64,000 nt of DNA from Desulfuromonadales bacterium. GTDB taxonomy: Bacteria > Desulfobacterota > Desulfuromonadia > Desulfuromonadales > SZUA-540. A model generated the notes under the pieces. That model worked only from the letters and a program-made list of their open reading frames with translations. It was not told the origin of the DNA and searched no databases. The stretch covers positions 64,001 to 128,000 of the forward strand of contig JAWSUS010000004.1 in NCBI GenBank assembly GCA_033549025.1, given 5' to 3'. Made by a program: the position numbers and the translations under genes. Of this stretch, positions 27,905 through 36,953 are shown one piece after another. Within the stretch, counting starts at the first letter, position 1. The number at the start of each line of letters is the position of its first letter.

Positions 27905-30693
27905 GATGGCTCGCTGTTCTGACCCTGGGCGGCCTGCTGATCATCTCAACCCTGTTCATCGGGGAAGGGCGGGCCGAGAACGGGATCACCGCCCCCTATG
28001 ATCAGGAACTCTATGACTTGAGCTACGAGGTTTTTCTGGCCAACAGCAAACCGGCCGATGCCCTCGGGGTGGCGGAAAAGGCTCTGGCCCAGCAGCCGGG
28101 TCACCGGGGTTGGCTGCGGCGGGCGGCCCAGGCCGCCGACTGGTCCAATGAGCCGGAAAAGGCGCTTCGCTACTGGTTTACCCTGGCTTCGCGCAACGAA
28201 GCCGCAACCGTCCGTGCCATCCAACTTGCTCGTAGTCTGAACGATCTGCCCCGTCTCAAGGTGCTGATCGGTTATCAGCTCGCTCGCCACGACGATCCTG
28301 ATCTTCTGCTAGAGTACATTCGTCTGGCCGAGGAAACCGGCCGACCGGAAGAAGCCCTTCGCCGTCTGCAACAAACCGCCGCAGGCTGGCCGGAGACCCT
28401 GGTTCTGGAGCAGCAATTCCGTCTGCTGGATCAAAGCGGCTATCCCCTTGAAGCGCTGGCGACCCTGGAAAAGCTGGCAGACATAAGACCCTTGACGGCG
28501 GCTGAAGCCTTGAGAGGTGCCGGCCTGTGGGCAGGGGTAGGGCAGCCGGAGAAGGCCTGGGAATTGCTGCAACGGACAGCTCCTTCCATGGATGTTGGGG
28601 AAAGCCTCTTCTGGGAAGGGGTCAGTGATCTGGGTTGGGGGCTGGGTCATACGGAGATGGCCGGCAACGCCTCGAAAATACTGGTCGATAATGGGGTAGG
28701 GCGGTTTCAGGATTATCAGCGTCTGGTCGAACTGTGGCGGGAAGAAAATCCCGAAGCTGGTTACGAGACGGCTCTGGCCGGCTGGGTTAAGCACCGCTAT
28801 CCCTACCTTCTGCTGGTGGCCCTGGATACCGGCATCGCCCTGGGCCGGTGGGAACAGCTTGACCGCACCCTCAATGGTCTCTCTCCGCAAGAGCGCGCGG
28901 CTTTGGAAGAATTGGCCATCTATTGGCAATACAAAGCCCAGATTGCCCGCCATCGGGGAGAAACGGAACTCGTTCGCCACTACAGCCTGGAAGCTTTGCG
29001 CCGAGAGCCAGCCAATGAAGCCATCATGGCGTCTCATCTATGGCTCCTGCTTGACATCGGCGCGGTTGGCGAGGCGGCGCGCCTGGCCGACGAATGGGGT
29101 GCATCCGCAGAATCCGCCTTCTTTCTGCAGGAGACCCTGGGAGTCGTTTACCTGGCCGCCGGAAAACCCCTGCAGGCCCTGGCCTTTTACCGCGCGGCGC
29201 TGGCGAGACAGCGCGACAACCCCTTCTGGCTGGCCTCCTACGCCGATCTGCTGGAACAGGCCGGATACCACCGAACATCCTACCAGGCCAGGCTGACGGC
29301 CTTGCGTATCCTGCGCCGTCAGGGGGGGCAGTCCTGGAGTGCGGTCGAGAAGAAAGAGCGTGACCGGCTGATTGCCCAACTGGGTTTGCAGATGAAACCC
29401 GGGGATGCCCATGACGCGCTGATGCGTCGCCTGGCCGAAGGTCGGGAGGCGCCCGCCCGCGACCTGGTGACCGGCTGGCTTCTCTCCCGGGGCTGGCCCG
29501 ATCAGGCGAGGCTGTGGTTCCTGCGGGCCTATGTTCGTTCAACGGAGAAACCCGACTGGGCCGAACTGGATCTCGCCCTGCAGGACAATGATCGTCCCGC
29601 CATGGCCAGACTGCTGTCACAAACGCCGGAACGTCTGCCGGTGCCGGCGGTTGTGGAGGCCAGCCGTCGTCTCGGCCAGTTGCCGCAGGCGGAGACGCTG
29701 GCCTTCGAACACTTTCAACGTCAGGCGCAGGATTCTCTCTTCGATGCCCAGGTGCGGGATCTCTTCGATGACCGACGCTCCGAGGTCTCCTATCGGTTCG
29801 GTCTTCTTGAGCAGGATGGCGCCGTTTTTGTGGAGAACCAACTGGCGGTCGCAGCACGTGCCAATGATCGCTGGTCCGCCCTGGTGGAGGCCTTCCGGAT
29901 TGAACAGCCCGCCGCCGAAGCCGGCAAATTGGCCAATCCCCCGGACGCGGCTACAGGCTTTCGGCTGGGGGCTTCACGCCTCCATCCCGAGGGCAAGCTC
30001 ACTCTCATCGGCGGGCGCAGCGAGGCAGTCTATCCTTTCTGGACACTGGCCTTTTCCGCCGAACAGAGGGTCTCTTCCCGCCTGACGCTGAATGCGGGCC
30101 TGGCTCTCGGGGTACAGGCAGAAGAGAATGTTCCCTTACGGGTCGGGGGGCTTAAAGATGAGGCGACGCTGGAAGCTTTTTGGACCCTGGCTCCGCGCAC
30201 CGGTCTCGGGGGGCGTCTTAGTCTGCTGGCCCTTCGGGATCAGGCCCGACGGTCTCTGGCGGAAGGAACCGGGGCGGATATCGAGCTGACCCATCGCCTG
30301 GCGGTGGCCTGGCCGGACTTGGGATTGCGTCTGTTCGGAGGCTATCACGACTATGGCCATGCCGGTCTGCCCCAGGGCCGTACCCTTGCTCTGGTTCCGG
30401 CGGGAGCAGACCCCGGCAGCTTTTTCGTACCGGAAAGTTATGCCCAGTTCGGCGCGGGGCTCTTCTTTGGTCAGGACTGGAGGTCGGCCTATACGAGAGA
30501 CTGGAAGGCCTTTGGCGCGGCGGATAGCCGCTGGAACAGCGTGTCGGGCATGGGGTATCGCTATGAACTGGGCGCCGTCGGGCCCCTGTTCGGTCTCGAC
30601 GCCCTGCAGATTTCTTTCTCACAGGACAGCGGTTCCTTCGGACGCGGCGATGTGGCAACCCAGTTTATGTTGAATTATCGGATGTATTTTTAA
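27901..30693 (+). CDS. pelB: PelB: TPR plus C-terminal outer-membrane beta-barrel
   Basis: Own signal peptide; PYDQELYDLSYEVFLAN, TPRs, WLASYADLLEQAG, beta-strand C-terminus ending YRMYF. Confidence 0.85.
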   Translation: MRWLAVLTLGGLLIISTLFIGEGRAENGITAPYDQELYDLSYEVFLANSKPADALGVAEKALAQQPGHRGWLRRAAQAADWSNEPEKALRYWFTLASRNEAATVRAIQLARSLNDLPRLKVLIGYQLARHDDPDLLLEYIRLAEETGRPEEALRRLQQTAAGWPETLVLEQQFRLLDQSGYPLEALATLEKLADIRPLTAAEALRGAGLWAGVGQPEKAWELLQRTAPSMDVGESLFWEGVSDLGWGLGHTEMAGNASKILVDNGVGRFQDYQRLVELWREENPEAGYETALAGWVKHRYPYLLLVALDTGIALGRWEQLDRTLNGLSPQERAALEELAIYWQYKAQIARHRGETELVRHYSLEALRREPANEAIMASHLWLLLDIGAVGEAARLADEWGASAESAFFLQETLGVVYLAAGKPLQALAFYRAALARQRDNPFWLASYADLLEQAGYHRTSYQARLTALRILRRQGGQSWSAVEKKERDRLIAQLGLQMKPGDAHDALMRRLAEGREAPARDLVTGWLLSRGWPDQARLWFLRAYVRSTEKPDWAELDLALQDNDRPAMARLLSQTPERLPVPAVVEASRRLGQLPQAETLAFEHFQRQAQDSLFDAQVRDLFDDRRSEVSYRFGLLEQDGAVFVENQLAVAARANDRWSALVEAFRIEQPAAEAGKLANPPDAATGFRLGASRLHPEGKLTLIGGRSEAVYPFWTLAFSAEQRVSSRLTLNAGLALGVQAEENVPLRVGGLKDEATLEAFWTLAPRTGLGGRLSLLALRDQARRSLAEGTGADIELTHRLAVAWPDLGLRLFGGYHDYGHAGLPQGRTLALVPAGADPGSFFVPESYAQFGAGLFFGQDWRSAYTRDWKAFGAADSRWNSVSGMGYRYELGAVGPLFGLDALQISFSQDSGSFGRGDVATQFMLNYRMYF

Positions 30694-30718
30694 CGGTATG
30701 AAGGATACGGAGGTAATT

Positions 30719-31243
30719 ATGAAGAGACTCGTGTTTCTGGTCATCACCCTGATGTTGCTGGCCGCCGGCTGCACCACTATCCACCAGTCAGCCCGAGGGA
30801 CCGTTCCGCTGGAGGCGGAATGGGTGGTGCTGCCCTTTGTCAACAACACGGAGACACCCTACGCCGCCGAACGGGCCGAAGCCATTACTACGGCGCTGCT
30901 CTACGCGCGCGGCGTGCAGCAGGTGAAGCTCGTCCCGGCCGAGGTTCTGCAGGAGGACTCGCTTCTGCCCAGCCGTGGTGAAAAGAACCTGCAGACGGCT
31001 CTGCAGTGGGCTCAGAATCGGGGCATCGCGTATGCCGTTTCCGGCACAGTCACCGAATGGCGCTATAAGGTCGGTCTCGATGGCGAGCCGGTCGCCGGCG
31101 TGACCCTGCAGGTTCTGGCCCTGCCCGGCGGGGAGGTCGTCTGGTCGGGGAGCGCCAGCAAAAGCGGCTGGAGCCGGGCTTCGGTCAGCGCGGTGGGACA
31201 GCAGATACTGGAGAAACTCATTTCTTCCATTGAGGTTCGCTGA
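30719..31243 (+). CDS. pelC: PelC outer-membrane lipoprotein
   Basis: GGAGG RBS; lipobox LAAGC; LPFVNNTETPYAAERA and EWRYKVGLDGEPVAG motifs. Confidence 0.93.
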   Translation: MKRLVFLVITLMLLAAGCTTIHQSARGTVPLEAEWVVLPFVNNTETPYAAERAEAITTALLYARGVQQVKLVPAEVLQEDSLLPSRGEKNLQTALQWAQNRGIAYAVSGTVTEWRYKVGLDGEPVAGVTLQVLALPGGEVVWSGSASKSGWSRASVSAVGQQILEKLISSIEVR

Positions 31244-31246
31244 CCT

Positions 31247-32560
31247 ATGCGCTGGTTTCCCGAACGGGGTTCACAGTTGACGGCTTCGGCCTGGGTGGAG
31301 AGCCTGGTCATCGTGCTCGTCGTTCTGGGGTTGGGGTTTTTTCTCCGTCCGCAGGATCCCTTCTTTTTACAGGCGGACTTCCCCTGGCTCTGGTTCGCGC
31401 CTCTTTTAGTGGCTCTGCGCTACGGCATGGCGCCGGCGATGACTTCGGTAGCCCTGTTGGCTGCGGCCTGGCTGCTTGCCCGCTGGGCTGGGCATGTCGC
31501 CGGTGATTTTCCGTTACTGCCCATGGCTGGAGGGGTTCTGTTGACCCTGGTGAGCGCTCAGTTCAGTACCGTCTGGAATCAGCGACTGCGGCGGGCCAAA
31601 CAGGTGGCCAGCCACGCAGAGGAGCGCTTTGAGCAGCTTTCCCGCGCCTATTTCATGGTGCGTCAATCCCATGACCGACTGGAGCAGAACCTGATCAGCA
31701 AGCCGGTCACCTTGCGTCAGGCCATGATGGACCTCCGGCAATTGCTGAGCCAAACAGACGGTGGTCTGCAGCGGGATACCGCTACTGAGCTTCTGGGCAT
31801 TTTGTCTACCTACTGTTCGCTTGAAAGTGCGGCTATTCACGAGGTGGTCAACGGAAAGGTCGCGGCTGAACCCCTGGCTTTTTGCGGCCGAGGGGGACTT
31901 TTCGTGGAAGACGACCAATTACTCAAGGCCGCCGTGGAATCGGGCAATATGGCTTACCAGGCGGTCAACCGCCTTCGCCGCGAAGAGCGCAGTCACTACC
32001 TGGTCGCTGCGCCAGTCCGCAGCAGTTCGGGCAACCTCTACGGCATGCTGACGGTTACCGAGATGCCTTTTATGGAACTGCACCGGGAAACCCTTCAGGT
32101 TCTCGCTGTGCTGATCGCTTACGTAGCCGATCATGCCGAAGCGGTGGGGGCAGCCAAACCCATACTCGCGGTATACCCGGATTGTTCCGGGCCCTTCGCG
32201 GCCGAATTGCTCAAGATGGTGCGCCTGCACCGTGAATTGGATGTGCCCAGTACTTTGGTCAGGGTATCCATTCCCATGATGCCCCAGCTGGAAAATATCT
32301 GCACGGTGCTCAAGGATCAGCAGCGGGGGCTGGATCACACCTGGCAGCGACATACGCCCGCGGGAGTGCAGTTCATTACCCTCATGCCTTTTTCAGGAAT
32401 GGGCGCCGCCGAGGGCTACCGGACCCGGATCAATGAAATCCTGGTGCGGCAGTTTCGGTTTTCTCTGCAGGACGAACCGGCATCCTTCCATTCCGTCATT
32501 ATCGCCGATGCCGAACCGCTCGCGCAATTGGAGGATCTTCTCGAGGAGGTCAAGGTATGA
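31247..32560 (+). CDS. pelD: PelD c-di-GMP receptor (TM, GAF, degenerate GGDEF)
   Basis: FPWLWFAPLLVALRYG, SHDRLEQ, I-site RGLD at nt 32324-32335. Confidence 0.92.
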   Translation: MRWFPERGSQLTASAWVESLVIVLVVLGLGFFLRPQDPFFLQADFPWLWFAPLLVALRYGMAPAMTSVALLAAAWLLARWAGHVAGDFPLLPMAGGVLLTLVSAQFSTVWNQRLRRAKQVASHAEERFEQLSRAYFMVRQSHDRLEQNLISKPVTLRQAMMDLRQLLSQTDGGLQRDTATELLGILSTYCSLESAAIHEVVNGKVAAEPLAFCGRGGLFVEDDQLLKAAVESGNMAYQAVNRLRREERSHYLVAAPVRSSSGNLYGMLTVTEMPFMELHRETLQVLAVLIAYVADHAEAVGAAKPILAVYPDCSGPFAAELLKMVRLHRELDVPSTLVRVSIPMMPQLENICTVLKDQQRGLDHTWQRHTPAGVQFITLMPFSGMGAAEGYRTRINEILVRQFRFSLQDEPASFHSVIIADAEPLAQLEDLLEEVKV

Positions 32561-33564
32561 GCTGGAGCCATCTGCTCCTCTACGCCCTGTTGAGTCAGGC
32601 GGCGGCAGTGCTGGCACTCTTCAGCCCCTATCCTCCTGAAATACAGCTTTGGCTTTTTATTGCCGCTCACCTGATCGCGTCCCTGCTCCTTTCCGTTCTG
32701 CTGCTGGCGGTCATGCCCCATCGTTTTGTCAGGCGGCGCAGTTGGGTTCTGCTGCTCTTTTTCACGATTTCCTTCTTTATCCCCGTCTTGGGCGGCCTGG
32801 GGCTTGTCGGGGATATGTTTTATTTCCGAGTGACCCGCAAGGCGGCCAATCGACCTGAGTATCACAGTCTGAAACTTCCCCCTTTCTTGCAGGAAGGCTC
32901 CCTCGTTGCCCAGGGCATGGGGGAGGGAGGAGCCTGGTCCCGACTACGCACCCTCGACTTGCCCCGTCCCCAGCGGTTAAAAGCCCTGCTGGCTGTGAGT
33001 GCGGTAGGCGGTCGCAAAATCAACCAGCTGCTTCGTCTTGCCACCGGGGATACGGATGACGAGATCCGCCTGCTGGCCTTCAATCTTTTTGACCGACAGG
33101 AAAAAGTCATCAGCCAGACCATCAGCGATAACCTCGGGAAGCTGAGGACGGCAACGGATCCGCTGCAAAAGGCGGAAGTCTGCCGCACTCTGGCCCTCGC
33201 CTACTGGGAGATGGTCTACAATGACCTTGCCCAGGCCGAATTGCAGAATTTTTTCGTCGAGCAGTCGTTGCAGTACGCCCGCCAGGCCTGTGAACTGGGC
33301 GGGGAGGAACCAGCCATGAGTCTGCTGATCGGCCGCATTTACCTGCGGCGGGGTCAGGTTGAAGTGGCTGAAAAGATGATTCAGAAAGCGTTGGCTCTTG
33401 GCGCACTTCCGGCCCGGACGCTGCCCTATCTGGCCGAAATAGCCTACTCTCGGCGTGATTTTCAGGCGCTGACGGAGTATCTGCGGCAGGAGCCGTCATT
33501 GAGACACAAGCCCGGAATCGGGCCCGTTGCGCAGTTTTGGGGGGATTCATCGTGGCAAGAGTGA
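32557..33564 (+). CDS. pelE: PelE inner-membrane TPR/HEAT protein
   Basis: N-terminal TMs with FFIPVLG, DTDDEIRLLAF, LAYWEMVY, PYLAEIAY. Confidence 0.9.
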   Translation: MSWSHLLLYALLSQAAAVLALFSPYPPEIQLWLFIAAHLIASLLLSVLLLAVMPHRFVRRRSWVLLLFFTISFFIPVLGGLGLVGDMFYFRVTRKAANRPEYHSLKLPPFLQEGSLVAQGMGEGGAWSRLRTLDLPRPQRLKALLAVSAVGGRKINQLLRLATGDTDDEIRLLAFNLFDRQEKVISQTISDNLGKLRTATDPLQKAEVCRTLALAYWEMVYNDLAQAELQNFFVEQSLQYARQACELGGEEPAMSLLIGRIYLRRGQVEVAEKMIQKALALGALPARTLPYLAEIAYSRRDFQALTEYLRQEPSLRHKPGIGPVAQFWGDSSWQE

Positions 33565-35081
33565 GATTTCCCAGGGCCGCCGAGGTCGACATCATGCTGC
33601 TGTTGGAGGGGACTTTTCCCTTCGTCAGCGGCGGCGTCTCCAGTTGGGTGAACCAGATGATACGCGGGTTCCCGCAATGGCGCTTCGGTGCGGTCTTTCT
33701 TGGCAGCCGGCGGGAAGATTACGAAGATTTCAAATACGAATTGCCGGATAACCTGATTCACCTGGAAGAGCATTATCTCCACGGTGACAAGCCTAAGCCC
33801 GTCGTCGCGCCCTGTCGTGGAGACGCCCAGGGTTTCGAGGTTATCCGGAATTTGCACGAATGGTTTCTCAACCCTCAACAAAGCTCCCTGCCGGAGGGGA
33901 TGAAAAGCCTGGGCTTTTATCGCGATTCTCGGCACGGCGTCGATTTCTTTCAGTTTCTCCATGCGGAAAGATCCTGGGATTTCATCGCCGAAAAGTATCG
34001 GACACGCTGCACCGACCCTTCCTTTGTCGATTATTTCTGGACCGTCCGCAATATGCACATGCCCGTATGGCAACTGGCGGAGATTGCCGCCAACCTGATT
34101 CCTGCCCGTCTTTACCACACGGTCTCCACGGGGTATGCCGGTTTTCTTGGTGCCCTTCTCCATCATGCGACCGGGCGCAAACTGCTGCTGTCGGAGCATG
34201 GCATCTACACCAAAGAGCGGCGCATCGACATTCTGCACAACGAGTGGATTCTGGACCGCCGCAATCCCCTGCAGAAAGATTTGACCGAGGTCAGTTACTA
34301 CCGGGAGTTGTGGATCCGCTTTTTCGAAACACTGGGCCGGTTCTGCTACGATGCGGCGGGTACGACGATTTCCCTTTTTGAAGGGGCACGCCAGCGGGAG
34401 ATTGCCGACGGCGCGCCGGCGGAGCGCACCCGGGTGATCCCCAACGGTATAGAGCTGTCGCACTTTTCTCCCTTGCGCCGACTGCGGCCCACGGCCCCCC
34501 CGCCCATCATCGCCCTGCTCGGCCGCGTTGTGCCCATCAAGGACGTCAAGACCTTCATCCGAAGCCTCCGTATTTTGTCCGCCCGCATTCCCGAGGTGCA
34601 GGGGTGGATTGTCGGACCGACGGACGAGGCGCCCCACTATGTGGAGGAATGTCGCCGCTTGGCCGAAAGTCTCGCCGTGGACGACCGGGTTCATTTTAAG
34701 GGGTTTATGGACCCGCGGGAGCTTTTCCCCCAGATCGGCCTGCTGGCTTTGACCTCCATCAGCGAAGGACTGCCCCTGGTGGCTCTCGAAGGCTATGCCG
34801 CCGGCATTCCGCTGGTAGCCACCGATGTCGGCTCTTGTCGCCAGCTGGTGGAAGGTTTGGGTGAGGAAGATGAAGCCCTGGGGCAGGCCGGAGCGGTGGT
34901 TCCCATCAACAATCCACAAGCCGTGGCCGAAGCCTGCCTGGCGCTGCTGTGCGATCCGGACGCCTGGCAGAAGGCGCAGGCGGCTGCCGTGGCCAGGGTG
35001 GAGCGTTTCTACACCCAGGAGAGGATGTTTGCTGAATATCGGCAACTTTACGAGGAAGGACTGGCACCGTGGCAGGCATAG
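33552..35081 (+). CDS. pelF: PelF GT4 glycosyltransferase
   Basis: LEGTFPFVSGGVSSW, STGYAG, EHGIYTKER, GRVVPIKDVKTFI, TSISEGLPL. Start GTG 33552 (track uses TTG 33537). Confidence 0.95.
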   Translation: MARVRFPRAAEVDIMLLLEGTFPFVSGGVSSWVNQMIRGFPQWRFGAVFLGSRREDYEDFKYELPDNLIHLEEHYLHGDKPKPVVAPCRGDAQGFEVIRNLHEWFLNPQQSSLPEGMKSLGFYRDSRHGVDFFQFLHAERSWDFIAEKYRTRCTDPSFVDYFWTVRNMHMPVWQLAEIAANLIPARLYHTVSTGYAGFLGALLHHATGRKLLLSEHGIYTKERRIDILHNEWILDRRNPLQKDLTEVSYYRELWIRFFETLGRFCYDAAGTTISLFEGARQREIADGAPAERTRVIPNGIELSHFSPLRRLRPTAPPPIIALLGRVVPIKDVKTFIRSLRILSARIPEVQGWIVGPTDEAPHYVEECRRLAESLAVDDRVHFKGFMDPRELFPQIGLLALTSISEGLPLVALEGYAAGIPLVATDVGSCRQLVEGLGEEDEALGQAGAVVPINNPQAVAEACLALLCDPDAWQKAQAAAVARVERFYTQERMFAEYRQLYEEGLAPWQA

Positions 35082-36439
35082 GCTTCGAACTGCGCAAACT
35101 CCTGCGCCGGGATACCTTTTCCGGGCTGATGATGGCCTATGCCTATGCCGGCGTCATCAGTTCCGGCCCCTGGGTTCTGTCCATTGTGGCCGTGCTGATT
35201 ATCGGCGTCTTTTCCGTACCGGTGGTGATCCCGCCTGATCTGGTCCGTCAGTTTCAGACCATTCTGACGACGATCATTGCAGCCAGCCTTATCCTCAGCG
35301 GATTGGTGCAGCTGTCTTTCACCCGTTATTGTGCTGACCGTATTTTTAAAAAAGAACACGGCCTGCTGCTGCCCAACCTCAACGGCCTGCTGTTGCTGGT
35401 GAATGTCTCGGCCGCTGTTCTGGCTATTCCCCTGGTCGTCTTCGTCTTTCCGGGGTTGAGCCTGTTGCTGCGTCTGCTCATCGTGGCCAGCTTTGTGACG
35501 GTGTGCAACGTCTGGATTGGCACGATCCTGCTGTCGGGGCTCAAGGCCTACAAGGCCATCCTGTTCAACTTTCTGCTCGGTTACGGGTCGGCCCTGGTGC
35601 TCGCCTGGGGGCTTCGTCACTGGGATTTGGAAGGCTTGCTGCTGGCTTTTCTCATCGGCCAGTTTCTGCTTTTCAAGGGGATGCTCTATGTCGTCTATCA
35701 GGGGTACCCTTCCCGGCATTTCATCCAGTTCGATTTCCTGCGCTCCGGGCGCATGTATCTTTCCCTGGTTTTCACCGGCTTTTTTTACAATATCGGCATC
35801 TGGATCGACAAAATCGTCTTCTGGTATCACCCGTGGACCAGTGAACCGGTGGTTGGCGTACTGCGCGGTTCGCCCATCTATGACCTGCCCGTTTTCATCG
35901 CCTATCTCGCCATCATCCCCGGAATGGCGGTCTTTCTCATGCGCATCGAGACCGATTTCGTCGAGTATTACGATCGTTTTTACGATGCCGTCCGTGAGGG
36001 AGGCTCCCTGGGCTACATCCAGGAAATGAAGGACGAGATGGTCCGTATCACCCGCGATGGCATCTATGACATCATGAAAATCCAGGGGATCGTCATTCTG
36101 CTCGTGGTGGTGGTTGGGGGCACCCTGCTGCAATGGGCCGGGATCTCCCGAATTCATCTGCCCCTGCTCCAGATCCAGGTGGTGGCTACCGGTTTTCAGG
36201 TGGTATTTTTGGGTCTGCTCAATGTCTTCTTTTACCTCGACCGCCGTAACCGGGTGCTCCTGCTCACCTGTCTCTTCATGGTGCTCAACGGGCTGCTGTC
36301 CTGGCTTTCCATTCAGCTTGGTCCCTTTTTTTACGGCTACGGATTCGCCCTCTCCCTCGTCATAGCCGTCAGTGTCGGTATGGTGCTGCTCGACCGTGAC
36401 CTTGAGCGACTGGAGTATGAGACCTTCATGCTGCAATAG
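35069..36439 (+). CDS. pelG: PelG Pel exporter
   Basis: MAGIGFELRKLL N-terminus, GIWIDK, YDLPVFIAYL, ETDF, LEYETFMLQ C-terminus; about 12 TM segments. Confidence 0.95.
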   Translation: MAGIGFELRKLLRRDTFSGLMMAYAYAGVISSGPWVLSIVAVLIIGVFSVPVVIPPDLVRQFQTILTTIIAASLILSGLVQLSFTRYCADRIFKKEHGLLLPNLNGLLLLVNVSAAVLAIPLVVFVFPGLSLLLRLLIVASFVTVCNVWIGTILLSGLKAYKAILFNFLLGYGSALVLAWGLRHWDLEGLLLAFLIGQFLLFKGMLYVVYQGYPSRHFIQFDFLRSGRMYLSLVFTGFFYNIGIWIDKIVFWYHPWTSEPVVGVLRGSPIYDLPVFIAYLAIIPGMAVFLMRIETDFVEYYDRFYDAVREGGSLGYIQEMKDEMVRITRDGIYDIMKIQGIVILLVVVVGGTLLQWAGISRIHLPLLQIQVVATGFQVVFLGLLNVFFYLDRRNRVLLLTCLFMVLNGLLSWLSIQLGPFFYGYGFALSLVIAVSVGMVLLDRDLERLEYETFMLQ

Positions 36440-36543
36440 AGTCTGCGGGGGTGGAATATTTGCACTCTCGTTTGGCGGTGCTAGTATGAAATCAGTCACG
36501 GATTTCCCGTGGTGGACAACAAATGAACAAGAGGGAGGCGAAG

Positions 36544-36903
36544 ATGAAACGTCGGTCTATTGTGGGAGCGGTGCTGGCGGCGGCGATCCTGGTTCCTGGT
36601 TCCGCCCTTCTGGCGCAGGAAGGCAAACCGCTGCAGGCGCAGGAGCAGATGCAGACGCAGGAACAGGCTCGTGAGCAGGTTTATGGCTGGGAACTGATGA
36701 CGGAAGAGGAGCGTCTGCAGCATCGGGAAAAAATGCGCACCATGACCACGGAGGAGGAGCGCAACCGTTACCGCCAGGAGCATCACGAGAAAATGCAGGA
36801 GAGGGCGAAGCAGCAGGGGGTGGAACTCCCCGCTGGGCCGATGCCCCATGGCAAGGGGATGGGGCCGATGGGTCCCGGCCCGAAAGGCGGCGGTAAATAT
36901 TGA
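36544..36903 (+). CDS. Small periplasmic helical protein (Gln/Glu/Met/His-rich, Gly-Pro-Met tail)
   Basis: GGAGG RBS, signal peptide, VYGWELMTEEERLQHREKMR repeat-like helices. Confidence 0.75.
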   Translation: MKRRSIVGAVLAAAILVPGSALLAQEGKPLQAQEQMQTQEQAREQVYGWELMTEEERLQHREKMRTMTTEEERNRYRQEHHEKMQERAKQQGVELPAGPMPHGKGMGPMGPGPKGGGKY

Positions 36904-36908
36904 TGTAC

Positions 36909-36940
36909 GAGAAAAGGCCCGGTTCGCTGGGCCTTTTCTC
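36909..36940. terminator. Bidirectional intrinsic terminator
   Basis: GAGAAAAGGCCCGG-TTCG-CTGGGCCTTTTCTC between convergent genes. Confidence 0.85.
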
Positions 36941-36953
36941 ATGGGGGGGAGGC

